Shown here: positions 14,201-24,834 of the stretch, in pieces | Layout of the letters: every line of letters starts with the position of its first letter | Position numbering within the stretch: the stretch's first letter is position 1 | Source: Trichoplax sp. H2 | Lineage: Eukaryota | Assembly (NCBI GenBank): GCA_003344405.1 | Contig: NOWV01000190.1 | Location: forward strand, 62,001-126,000 | Direction of reading: 5' to 3' | DNA: 64,000 bases | Notes under the pieces: generated by a model | What the model was told of the DNA's origin: nothing | The model's database searches: none | The model's input: the letters and a program-made list of their open reading frames with translations, nothing else | Program-made: the position numbers and the translations under genes

Positions 14201-16268
14201 CAGCTTAAATTATAGCTAGCAAGTATTGGATATACTGGAAAATAATAGCTTATTTAATGCAAGTGCTAAGAATAAACAGTTATAATCATGCATTTTATGT
14301 TATCAATTCACAATCACTTTACGTATACAAAATTATAGTTTGCTTGTATGCTGGTGATAGAAACGAAGGTTAAGCAATATAACTGTAGCCATCGGATGAG
14401 AATGTTAACTCAATTTATCTTTTTATCGTTTGCACTATTTTGTACTAAAACGCTAGCAGGTATAAATTGTATCAATTAGTATGTTGTAATTATTTGAAAT
14501 CAATATTGATATTTAGGGGATACCAATTATGATATTATTGAATAGTTCATGAAGCTTTAAAAGTAGATACTGCTACAGTAAAATTGATCTTACTAACGTT
14601 GTTCAACCTTCAAATCACACAAAGAAATAATAGCAAAGAATTCTACTACTAAATGTCAATCAATTTGAAATTCTACTAGACAATATGGCAAGCTCTGTTA
14701 AAAAGCCCTTTCGTAGGCGACAAAAATAAAAGATTTTTGGTCTAAAAGAAGCAGAAGATACTATATAGAATATAAACAGTGGAAAAAGATTGTCATATTT
14801 ACAGTACTTAAATCTATAGAACTAAAAATGCGAACAAATTTTTATAATTTTTATTTTCTTTTGCGAAGATTATCTCAACGCAAATGAGCTATTAAATACA
14901 TCAACGATCTATTTCTTTCATTATTAAATATTATAGAATTATTAGTATTCAATTTACAAGCACATGCCTAATTTTTTTCTGCAGTATATCTTGACATCAG
15001 TAATATTTCTAATAGCTTCACTACAAATGAAAGCAAAGAATCTAATATAATACAAGATAGCTTCAGAACATTTATAAAGCGGAAGCTAATGCCAATATAA
15101 CATAGCCATTCATAAAACTTCGTTGTATAAATTTAATTTCATGTTTATTGAAAGATATCACTGCTGCTTTGATCCCATAGATTGCGTCTATTTATTGTAT
15201 AGCATACGCGACCAAAATTAATTCATCTTAAAAGACATAGATACGGAGAATGATTATATGCACATACTTATATAATTATCTGTCCAATCGCTACATTATT
15301 TGCATAGTCCAGTTAGCAAATGAACAAACAAATAAATTTTGAAATTTCAAATTTGTATTTGATATAGGACCAACTGATCACATTTAAAAACTCCTGATCT
15401 AACACCCATATTTGAAAAGGAATAATTTACACACTCCTCTCAAATTATGTAGCTAGCTCGCTACCCAGGATTACAATCTTATTTTGTCAGCTTTCGATTG
15501 TACCCATAATTTGCAATTAAACCTGAAGCATAACCTGCATACTTGTATAAGCAACGTAGAAACGGCATACATGTGATACACATTCAATCTATAGAATTAT
15601 TATTTTGAAGATAGTACCTTAAACTAAATTAGGAGGTAAAAATGCTCAAGTTAAAGTTGAAAATTTGTCGACACTAATCAAAGGAGACATTAAAAAAACA
15701 ATAATTTATTCTAATAAACACTTTATTGATTACAAGTGCAACTAATTACCAGTTTAAAGAGTACGTAGTAATAAGTCAAATTGAGAAGGGCTATCGTTCA
15801 TTTAGATTTTATCGAATGACAATACTGACATTGAGAATGCAAGATATGATTACTTAGCATTGTATATTTTTAATATATAGTAGAAGCCTATTTCGATTTT
15901 CATTAGGTATTTAATAAACATCTTAAAGTAAATCGACATATTCTAACATACAGTAGTTTTATGATCTAACATTGAATCTGAATTATTAAAATTAAGCTTA
16001 CATTTATTAGTTTATTGATAGCAGTAACTATTAGCTGTCAGTTCGAGAATATAAGTTTTAGGCGATTAAATAAGATTCTATAAATCAATGCTTTAAATAC
16101 TTCACGCATCATTTTATATATGGTTATAATATATTTAACAGCAACAGAAATTGGATTCGTAAAGCATAAATGGAAATTAAAGTGTTCGACGATTGTTCCC
16201 TAAAAGATTTGTAATAGCGAAGCTTTTTTATAAGACGCAATCACTGTAGTTGCTTTAAATATAATTGA

Positions 16269-17321
16269 TTATAACGATGGAATCTTGCAATTTTTTGTTG
16301 ATTCACATTTTCTACTTTGATGTGTGACAGAATAATTCGATAAATGGACTTTGAAGTTCCTAAATACTGCTTTAATTTCCTTTTTAAAGCTTGCACTGGC
16401 GTAGCAATATAATATTGGATTAAATATGGTCGGTATTAGCACTAAAATAGTACTTGATTGGAAGAAAATCCAAAATATTGTCGGTAATTTAACAAGAATA
16501 GATTGATCATAAGCTTTTTGCAATGAAATCCAAATGTATAAGGCACCGGATGGAATTGAAGAAAAGGCTACTAATAGTGTAACAATCAGTAAAATTGCAA
16601 TACTCTTCGCTTTACTTTGCTCCGCTTTCTTGATCTTTAATTTATATTCTGACTCATCTACAGGAATATTTTTTCGGCATAAAATAACAATGATAGTCAA
16701 ATAGCTAACTCCGATAATTGATATTGGTATAACAAATACGATCACTCCAAACATTATCAATGTAATGGAAAACGATACACTACCCATTACACTAAAAGTT
16801 CCAGTGCAATCCATGAATCCAATTTCAACATATTCCAGAGAAATAATGAAAATCATAGCAGCAATAAGAGCAGTTATCCATATAAAAATGAAAATGAAGG
16901 ACATTCGCTTTTGATTATAGCTTAATCTTAATGGATTGACAACTGCACGACATCTTTCTATACTAATAGCGGCCAATGTTGACATTGAATTACTGAAAAC
17001 AGTTACTCCGATAAAAGTTATAACATTACATATACCGTTAGTTAATGAAAGCGAAATATTGAAAGACTTTGATGATGATGAGGAAGTAATAGCAGGAAAA
17101 ACAAATTTCAATACAATTACAACGGAATGAACCATGTCCGACAATGCTAAATTAGCAATAAGGCAATTTAATGGTTGCTGAGATCTTTTCTTTTTAAAAA
17201 TGACAACAAATATGAACGCGTTCGAAATGAATCCAATCACGCTAAAGAGTGTAACGCCGATGTAAGTATAAATATTGTAAAAATTATTTATGGTGCTATT
17301 TCGATAAGAAAAATTACCCAT
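16269..17321 (-). CDS. Rhodopsin-class orphan GPCR, 350 aa, paralog of 10208-11245
   Basis: NLALSD, IERC, shared DCTG in ECL2 and IPVDESEYK in ICL3, NPILY. Confidence 0.93.
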   Translation of the reverse strand: MGNFSYRNSTINNFYNIYTYIGVTLFSVIGFISNAFIFVVIFKKKRSQQPLNCLIANLALSDMVHSVVIVLKFVFPAITSSSSSKSFNISLSLTNGICNVITFIGVTVFSNSMSTLAAISIERCRAVVNPLRLSYNQKRMSFIFIFIWITALIAAMIFIISLEYVEIGFMDCTGTFSVMGSVSFSITLIMFGVIVFVIPISIIGVSYLTIIVILCRKNIPVDESEYKLKIKKAEQSKAKSIAILLIVTLLVAFSSIPSGALYIWISLQKAYDQSILVKLPTIFWIFFQSSTILVLIPTIFNPILYCYASASFKKEIKAVFRNFKVHLSNYSVTHQSRKCESTKNCKIPSL

Positions 17322-19523
17322 ATTGTATTTAATGAATTTCTACTAGAAAATTACGAATGCTTATCCTAAAATTTTCAGATTTCTCTATTCTTGAATGCAA
17401 CCTAAAATATGATTACATTACCCCTTAGCATCGAAAGTTTTGTTATACGAATATATCTATTTTTATAAACGCATTTAACTTCTATTAAATAATTAAGAAT
17501 TTAATTTAGCCTTATTGTACGATAGTACCGCTACTATATAATAATGTCAGCTGATCTCGTAATTGGTACAACCTCTTTATGAATATGGCTTAGATGAATC
17601 CGCTTATTCATTTATAGTGCCACGTTAATATTAAGATTTCTTCAGTAATAACTAGTTAAATAATACTCTAGTTAGAAGTAGTATTGCTATGAGACAAGAT
17701 AGTGTTTTGCTAATTCTAGCAAATTGACCAAATCGAATCGAAGTGAAGTAAGAAAGATCTTGCATCATTACTCGAATTTAAAAAATGTCGCTTTAAGCCA
17801 ACAATTTTTTTAATTATTACTTCTTACGAGCATTTGAGAAATATGATGCAAAGAAAATATATGATCAACTATTGAGCTAGCTGCTATTAGAGTCACACAA
17901 ATGTATTTCATCTATTTAAGTATACTTCTCGTATTGCTAGACCCTAAATGCTTTCTAGCCAAGTAAATGCATCAGTCACGATGGTTATCCTTCCTATAGA
18001 AACAGCTGTGTTTATTTAGATCGTAATAAAAAATTCTTTCCCATTTTATCTAGATTTCTTATTTACGACTCTGCAAGTTTGCTATATCATATGAAAAGTT
18101 CTGAATCAAATTATTGCTTACTTCTATTCAAATTTCTGACTGAAAATTAATGAAACCTATTAACTGAGACAATTATATGATTTTATTCCATTCTTCTTAA
18201 TTTAACTTATAACCATAAACTACCGGTGATAATTAGTGATGCAACTAATTAAGGAACGAATACGCCGTCTGCAAGAATTTTATTTTCTTCAGCTGAGTCT
18301 TAAAATTAGATTTGATTAAAAATAAAGGGCTTAAAATAATGGTCAAATAGTGTAAAGTACTATATTGAAATATAGTTATATTATGCTAAGGCGTATATTG
18401 TCTATAGTAGTCAACAAAATTATGGTTACTACTAATTATCATGATGTGATATTGTGTAAATTTTACATTTACATCTTTTCAATCGCTGTGATTAATTAAT
18501 TGTTAGGGATGCATGATTTCAGCTTCTTTTCTTTTCGCTTTTTTTATTGCCAGGTTTTAGTCAAACAATAATTAAAACACTAGATCGGAATAGTAAAAAA
18601 TACTCACCCGTCGGGGACTATAACTTTGTTATAGTAATAATTGGCATGATTATTTGAAATCAAACGATAAAAATATTACTTTCATTAATCGGATTTCTTT
18701 AAGTAAATCAAATTCATTTGAGCAATTATATAAATAAAACTGTGAAGGATAGAATTTTATTTCGAAAACTTACATAGTTAACAATTTTCTACTTAAAAAG
18801 ATGTATAAATTTGGCCCATAATGATACTTGACTATCCATTCGTGAATTAATTTTTGTCTCTGCATTCTATACAGAATTTGTTTATTTGCCTTGAGAAAAT
18901 AGAAACTATGCACTTAATGTTAAAATATGAGAACTATATTAAAGTAATTTCCTGCAGAAAGTTCGTTTTAGATGATATCCAACAAAGATTATTACAAATT
19001 ATCATGATGAAGTATACGATAGCCGCTAAAGATTATTTAAGAAATGATATATAACTATCCAGTTCTTGCAACTTAATTCATGGAAAACGCCTCAAGATAT
19101 ACAGCAACATCGATAATTATAAATTTCCAAAAATTCATTAATACACCATATTTCTAGAATCTTCCAAGATTAGTCGACAAGCTCTTATAAATCAAGTAGC
19201 TGTACTAAATATTGCTGATAAAATGTGTTAAGAAATATTAAAGATAGTAAATATCCAATCATTTCAATTTATTTGTCAAGATTCATAAATGGAAAAATTT
19301 AAGATATTAGCTGGATCTTATATTATAAGTAAAAATTAATCTTGTATAGCTAATGTTGTTGCAGTGATCGCAATATTAGCTATCAGGAATATTGCTAGGA
19401 CATACTAAACTATAGATATAAGATCTTGAACTGGAAAATACTATGCTCCTTAGCTCATGTACAACTACAGGAATCGAAATTTTTGCCTTTGGCGATAAAA
19501 ATAATAAGACAATCAAAGAGCCG

Positions 19524-20557
19524 TTAATGAGTAGATGATGTACTCTTCTTGTTCGATAACCGCATTTTTGGTCGATATGAAATGATACCCATGCTAGCTA
19601 ATAACCTTCTGATTTCTTCCTTCAAAGTTGAACTTGCAAAATTGTACAGTATAGGATTGAAGACGCATGGTTGGATCATAATTAGTGAGGACATTTGAAA
19701 AAAGCCCAAAATCCTGACGGATAGGATAAATAAAAGCGTGGGTCGATTACTTTACGATAAGCCATGAATGCATATAGAATAATAAATGGGCCAGTAGACA
19801 TAATGGATAGGATAGTACTTGACAGTAAAGCAGTTATACTAAATTTTTTCTTTTGTATCATTTTCCTAATTTTCCTTTTATAGGATAATTCATAAAGAGG
19901 GATTTTCCTCACGTAAAGTTTGGCAATAATCATGGTGTAACAGATAGCAATGACAAGCAGTGGAATAACACAGCTGATGATAGCGAATATTATGGTGCAG
20001 ATCGCACTGGTAAAACGAAAATCTATGGAATATATTCCAGTGCAATCTATAATTTTATTTTCCTCAAAATTGATTGCAAAAGCGATTAAAAACGATCCCC
20101 CAATTGAAATTGACCAAGAAGAAAGTAAAATAACAGTTGTTTTCCGCCTACCATAAGGCGACTTAAAAGGATGCTGTATTGTATGGCATCGTTCCATTCC
20201 AATAAAGGCCAGCGAAAGTAATGAATTGGATATTGATGTAGCAGCAAAAAAGTTCGTAATCCGACATATGGTATTCACCGATACCACCGTTAGGCCATGA
20301 AATGCATGAGGATAGGTTGAGATTGCGATAGGAACGGTATTTTTAAGGCAAATGATCAATCTATGGGCCATGTCGGATAGAGCAACATTGGCAATCAAGC
20401 GATTAAGAGGTTGCTGAAGAAACTGCTTGGTAAAAATTACCAAGCATACCGTAAGGTTAAATAAAATACCTAACGAGCAAAGAAAATATACGGCGATTGA
20501 ATAAGGTAATTGATACCAAACATGTAAGGTGTAATTTGGATTACTTCCATTAAACAT
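19524..20557 (-). pseudogene. Rhodopsin-class GPCR with a 1-nt frameshift before TM7 (pseudogene or assembly error)
   Basis: ATG at 20557 (MFNGSNP), NVALSD, MERC, DCTG. The frame stops at 19682, while TM7/H8 (FQMSSLIMIQPCVFNPILYNFASS) continues in another frame. One extra base in the A6 run at 19698-19703 restores a single ORF. Confidence 0.85.
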
Positions 20558-21618
20558 GGCTTTAATTTTTATTTGATAGGTAAGTAAACTGAACTTTAAA
20601 ATCGTATTGTGCAAAGAACTAAATACTGTAAATGTATTTCAGTACCATTTGGTTGGAGAATTATTGAATTGCTTAGCATTAAATTTTATATAATGATCCT
20701 ATCAAATGTCTGCTTTTAACTTAATCAAGCCCCTTCAATGTATTCATTGAGCAAGTTTCCAAGGCAAATAATTTATTTGTGTGGACAGAAACAGATACTC
20801 GACTGCCATCAAAAGATTTGTTTCCTTGATAGAAAATTGATAACATTAAATACATTATTTTATTATCAACGTTTGGAAGACAATTAATTCCAGTAATTTA
20901 ATAAAGTCTTATGATATGATAGAGTAATTTCAATAAAAGAATATATTGTATTCAATTTATAAAATTAGGTAATAAAGTCCTTTGATACATTCATGAACTT
21001 TCTAGATCTTCACATAATATCATTTTTTGTATTGTTACATAATATAAGATGTTCAGTTATTCTATTTACAATAGCACCAATCAAGTAAAGATACAAGAAT
21101 AATAATTGACAGCATTGAATACATGGTTCCAATAAAATTGGATGCTCATAACCAAAAAATGAAGGATAGAATTAGAAATTTTAAGTATCTTTAAGAGAGA
21201 ACTATAAGTATTGTCTATCTCAGCAATAAATTAGCCGCCTAACGTTTGGATGCGGTATTTCATAGAAAATGGTGTTCATAATTACAGTTAAATGAATCTA
21301 AGGACATTTAAGTTTAAGGAATTCAATATTTGCGGTCCTGGTGGAGAATATCTATAGATGTTAAAGTAGGCTACTTAAGACAAATGCCATCAATTTACTT
21401 ATTCAAAGAGGTTTTGCGTTAGCTAAGGGTAAATACGAAGTTTTGTTTGATGAAGAAAATCAAGTCGTCGATTTTAGCTAGTGCTAATTTATACATCATA
21501 TAACGTATATACGTATGCAAGTGTGCAGACGCGATAAAGTATTTTATACCTTCATAGCTGAAAACATTTTATAAATGTCTTGTTGTTACGGGGCCATGCT
21601 CCGAAATATTAACTGCTA

Positions 21619-22101
21619 TGTTAATTAAAATATCTCACTTAAAATTATTGTTTGCTCCAGTAGCTTATTAGATATTAATGTTTATTAATAAGTACTTGTT
21701 ATTGCCAAGGTATCAGAAAGTTCTATATTGTTGACAGTCGGAGCTAACATGCTTAGTCAGTAAACGTTAATTAATAACACCTTAAGTGTAAGGTGCAATT
21801 ACTTTGTAGAGCCTTGAGCTCTAGTTGCTATACTAGGATATGTATACTGTACAGTGTAAGTCGCAATGTCAAGAATATTCACAAGTGCACCATCGGCGTT
21901 GGCCGAGACTATAAAAAGCGGAGCACTAGCTTAGCTGCTCAGTTCCAGTTAGTCACTGCAGGATCTTTTGACTGTTATTGCTAAGAATTTTTTTTACGTT
22001 TTTCTTTAATACATTTTACGGCAAGATTAACGACAATAAAGTGAAGTATTTAAACCTTTTACTCATTAGTAATTTATTTGTGTAGCTGAGAGTTAGTTAC
22101 A
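21619..22101 (+). mobile_element. Candidate solo LTR (third type) containing a TATA-Inr core promoter
   Basis: TATAAAA at 21910-21916, TCAGTT with its A at 21941 (31 nt after the TATA start), AATAAA at 22035-22040, and terminus GTTACA at 22101. ACTGC flanks lie at 21612-21616 and 22102-22106, but the left one is 2 nt off the TG start. Confidence 0.4.
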
Positions 22102-22194
22102 ACTGCGATAGGTCCATAAGTTATTTGGGTACACGAGAACTAGTGAAGATAGTGTTTAAGACCCGTTTTCTGGTTACAAAGGAGATTTGTAACT

Positions 22195-22338
22195 GCGGGT
22201 AGTTCAGCAAAGTAAGAGAGTCCTTTCTTGTTGGAGGCCCTCAGCTAATCAATTACGTTGTATCTTCGTAAACGAGGTTTTGTTTAATAAATCTAAATTT
22301 TCTAAAGTATTGAAGATTCTTGATCTATCAACCTCACA
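22195..22338 (+). mobile_element. Partial family A LTR (3' part), inverted relative to copies 1 and 2
   Basis: Reverse-complement match to the first ~140 bp of 567-983 and 36026-36440, ending ...GATCTATCAACCTCACA. AATAAA at 22286-22291. No TSD found. Confidence 0.85.
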
Positions 22339-22339
22339 A

Positions 22340-23030
22340 TGAATAAAAGGGTTTAATAACTATGTTGCACATCCTAAAACAATTAATATCATTCTCTGGT
22401 AAAGAATTTGAAGTATCGAGTCTCGAGATTTCGTAGGTAATATTATTTACATAAATGTGGGCAGCTTGTAAGCGAGCTTCGAATGAATTTATAAAGCAAA
22501 GTTTAAGGTTTAATATTTATGTTGCATATCCTCAGGCGATCACTATCATTCTCTATAAACTGCTGGTAACGTTTACACATATACAAACAATTCGTATACA
22601 AGTTTCCCATGAATTAAGAAAGTACTGTAATTGTTATCGAAGATTAATTAAGCTCTAACAAAGAAAGCGCGAGCAAGATTGGGCTGAATAAAAAGATTTA
22701 AGAACTTTATTGCATATCCAGAAACGATTGGTATCTTTCTCTAGTGAGCAGTTTGAAGCATTAAGTTTTTGGATTTCATAGCTCATAATATTTACATAAA
22801 TACGGGCAGTTTGTTAGCGAATTTTGTGCAAATTAACAAAGTAAGGTTGAAGGTCTACTAAGTACCGGCATGTTGCACATCCTGAAATAATCGCTGTTAT
22901 TTTCTATAAATTGCCGGCAATACGAATCTATAAATATGTAAACAGTTGGTTAGCAAGTTTCGCATGAATTAAGAAAGTAATTGCTAAGATGATTACTTAA
23001 GCTTTACCAAAGGAAACACGAGCATGATTT
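22340..23030 (+). repeat. Degenerate ~345-bp tandem duplication with internal sub-repeats; decayed coding, weakly F-box-like
   Basis: 22340-22684 is colinear with 22685-23030. The motif TTGCAYATCC recurs at ~22365, 22522, 22710 and 22873. Translations: VAHPKTINIIL, VAYPQAITIILYKL, IAYPETIGIFL, VAHPEIIAVIFYKLP. Confidence 0.65.
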
Positions 23031-23069
23031 GGAAGTAGTGATGACAAAGAAGTAGAATATACAATTTAA

Positions 23070-24636
23070 ATGGATGGTCTTTATTCCTCGGTCATCAAAT
23101 CTAATACAGCAAGGGTTACGATAGGAAATACCACGTACTACAGATTATTCCTATCGGGAAAGATGGCAGTAAATAAAAGGTTACAGTATTTATTGTGGCG
23201 GGCAGATCATAGTGAAGAAAAATCTAAGCTTAAAATTAATCGTAGCAAACATAAAACTTTGTATGATAATGTATACTAAGAAATATGCATACACGAGTGC
23301 GATGGACAGCAAGTAATTAAGCCTATTCGGCTTATTTAATTCCATGTGAATAAACATTTAAAGTAGCTCCTTTGACTGTATAACGGTAAGTATCCAAATT
23401 TCTACTAGGCGTTGAAGAAGGTATCTTAAGCTATTTGTATTACGTCTCATTTTTGAAATATAAAGAATGATAAGTGGACCATAGGAGAAATTGTTCACTA
23501 CTTAAAGTATTTTAACGTATTCTCTATGAAAAACCAATCTTGCTTGTCAATGGCTTCCTTAGAGAACCAAAGGCAATCTTATTCTCTAACAGCTCCTGTT
23601 TCGCAACTTAAAACGTTCGGATACTTTAAACGAGTAGTCTCCAATGAAGTGTTGTTTTTAACTCACATCTTATACATCAATTAAAATTCATTTGCCCTTA
23701 TGGCGTTTATTCCACATTCATACCGTATGATTGAAATCATGAGTAGTGTAATATCAACGACCGATCGTTAACCTGCAATTAAGCTTTCCTATTGCATATA
23801 AAGCTATCCGGTCTGTTTATTTGTCTTCGCTAATTACAAATTTTACAACATCAATGCAGTTAATTGCCATTGATCCTGGCCATAGCAACAATACGCTGAA
23901 TAGACATGGAACAAAGTGGAAAAAGGAGTAAAATAGCATCCATTTTATCATCTCACAATAGGCACTACAAGGAGATAACTGCCAAGAAGCAACCGGTTGA
24001 TTACAAAGAATTCATAGAATTCTTAAGGGAAATACACCATTAACATTAGAATGATATTTTATCCATAATTTCATGTACGCCTTCTGAACTTGTGGTACAA
24101 ATCTCTAGAGGCCATATTTAATAAAAGTTTTCAATTATCCAATATGGACGTATTAAAAAAATGAAATCTGCCATGTATTTACTCTTCACAAACTAGTCAA
24201 CTCTTCTGCTTTCGGCTATCCAATAGCCCAAAAGAATAGCCTAACATTGAATGCGTTATTTTTATGGATTCAGGCATATCGTAATGGCATTCGATGGCTC
24301 TTTGGGTAATCCACAGGGAATAAAATCTTACACACCCTGGTCATAAGTTAGGCCGTTACAATTTAACGAATCAATAAGTTTTCAAATTATTCGAGAAGGA
24401 TGGTAATGAAAACTTGGCGTTGAGAGTCAAAGTAGCAATTAAAACGCATATCGCTATAAACTCTTAGCCTGTTTTAAAGTTTTAAGCCTAGATGGTCAAT
24501 CAATTTACAAGTTTGAAGTGTTTGCGGATGTTAAAATTCCTTAAGATCGACAACAAAATCGCCACCGTCGGTAGCCTTAAGCAATATCAAGACATTATTT
24601 AATATGAAACGTAAGGGAAATCGCTATGAAATATAA
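23070..24636 (+). pseudogene. Putative decayed Fanzor1 / TnpB-like RNA-guided RuvC nuclease
   Basis: Across frames, in order: HYLKYF..LENQRQSYSLTAP..GY; LWRLF; ISTTD; RuvC-I-like QLIAIDPG (IAIDPG 23863-23880); DYKEFIEFL; IVMAFDGSLG..GIKS.TP; RuvC-II-like IIREGW**KL (E at 24395); YKLLAC; RuvC-III-like NRH (24557-24565), then SNI...GNR. Many stops and frameshifts. Confidence 0.5.
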
Positions 24637-24834
24637 AATAATTTATAGCAATTAAAAGGTTTCAGGAATGGAATGATTTACTGTAATTGATAAAATCCAA
24701 TTTATCGTAGTGTCAACTCTTGTATTGCAAAATAGTGCTCGATAGAACCGATAGACATTACTCTGTACAAGATGTATTTTGCTATCGTATAAATAAATAA
24801 AATCTAAAACTAGTTGTTAAACCAATTTTCCCAG

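Noticed and set aside
13900-14480. Possible further GPCR relic (TVD*SMLIYP); similar weak traces at ~6700-7100
   Set aside because: Too few motifs; hydrophobic translations are expected by chance from AT-rich DNA.
10074-20156. Short ORFs overlapping the GPCRs (and similar ones overlapping the SLR genes)
   Set aside because: Antisense or alternate-frame shadows of real coding regions.
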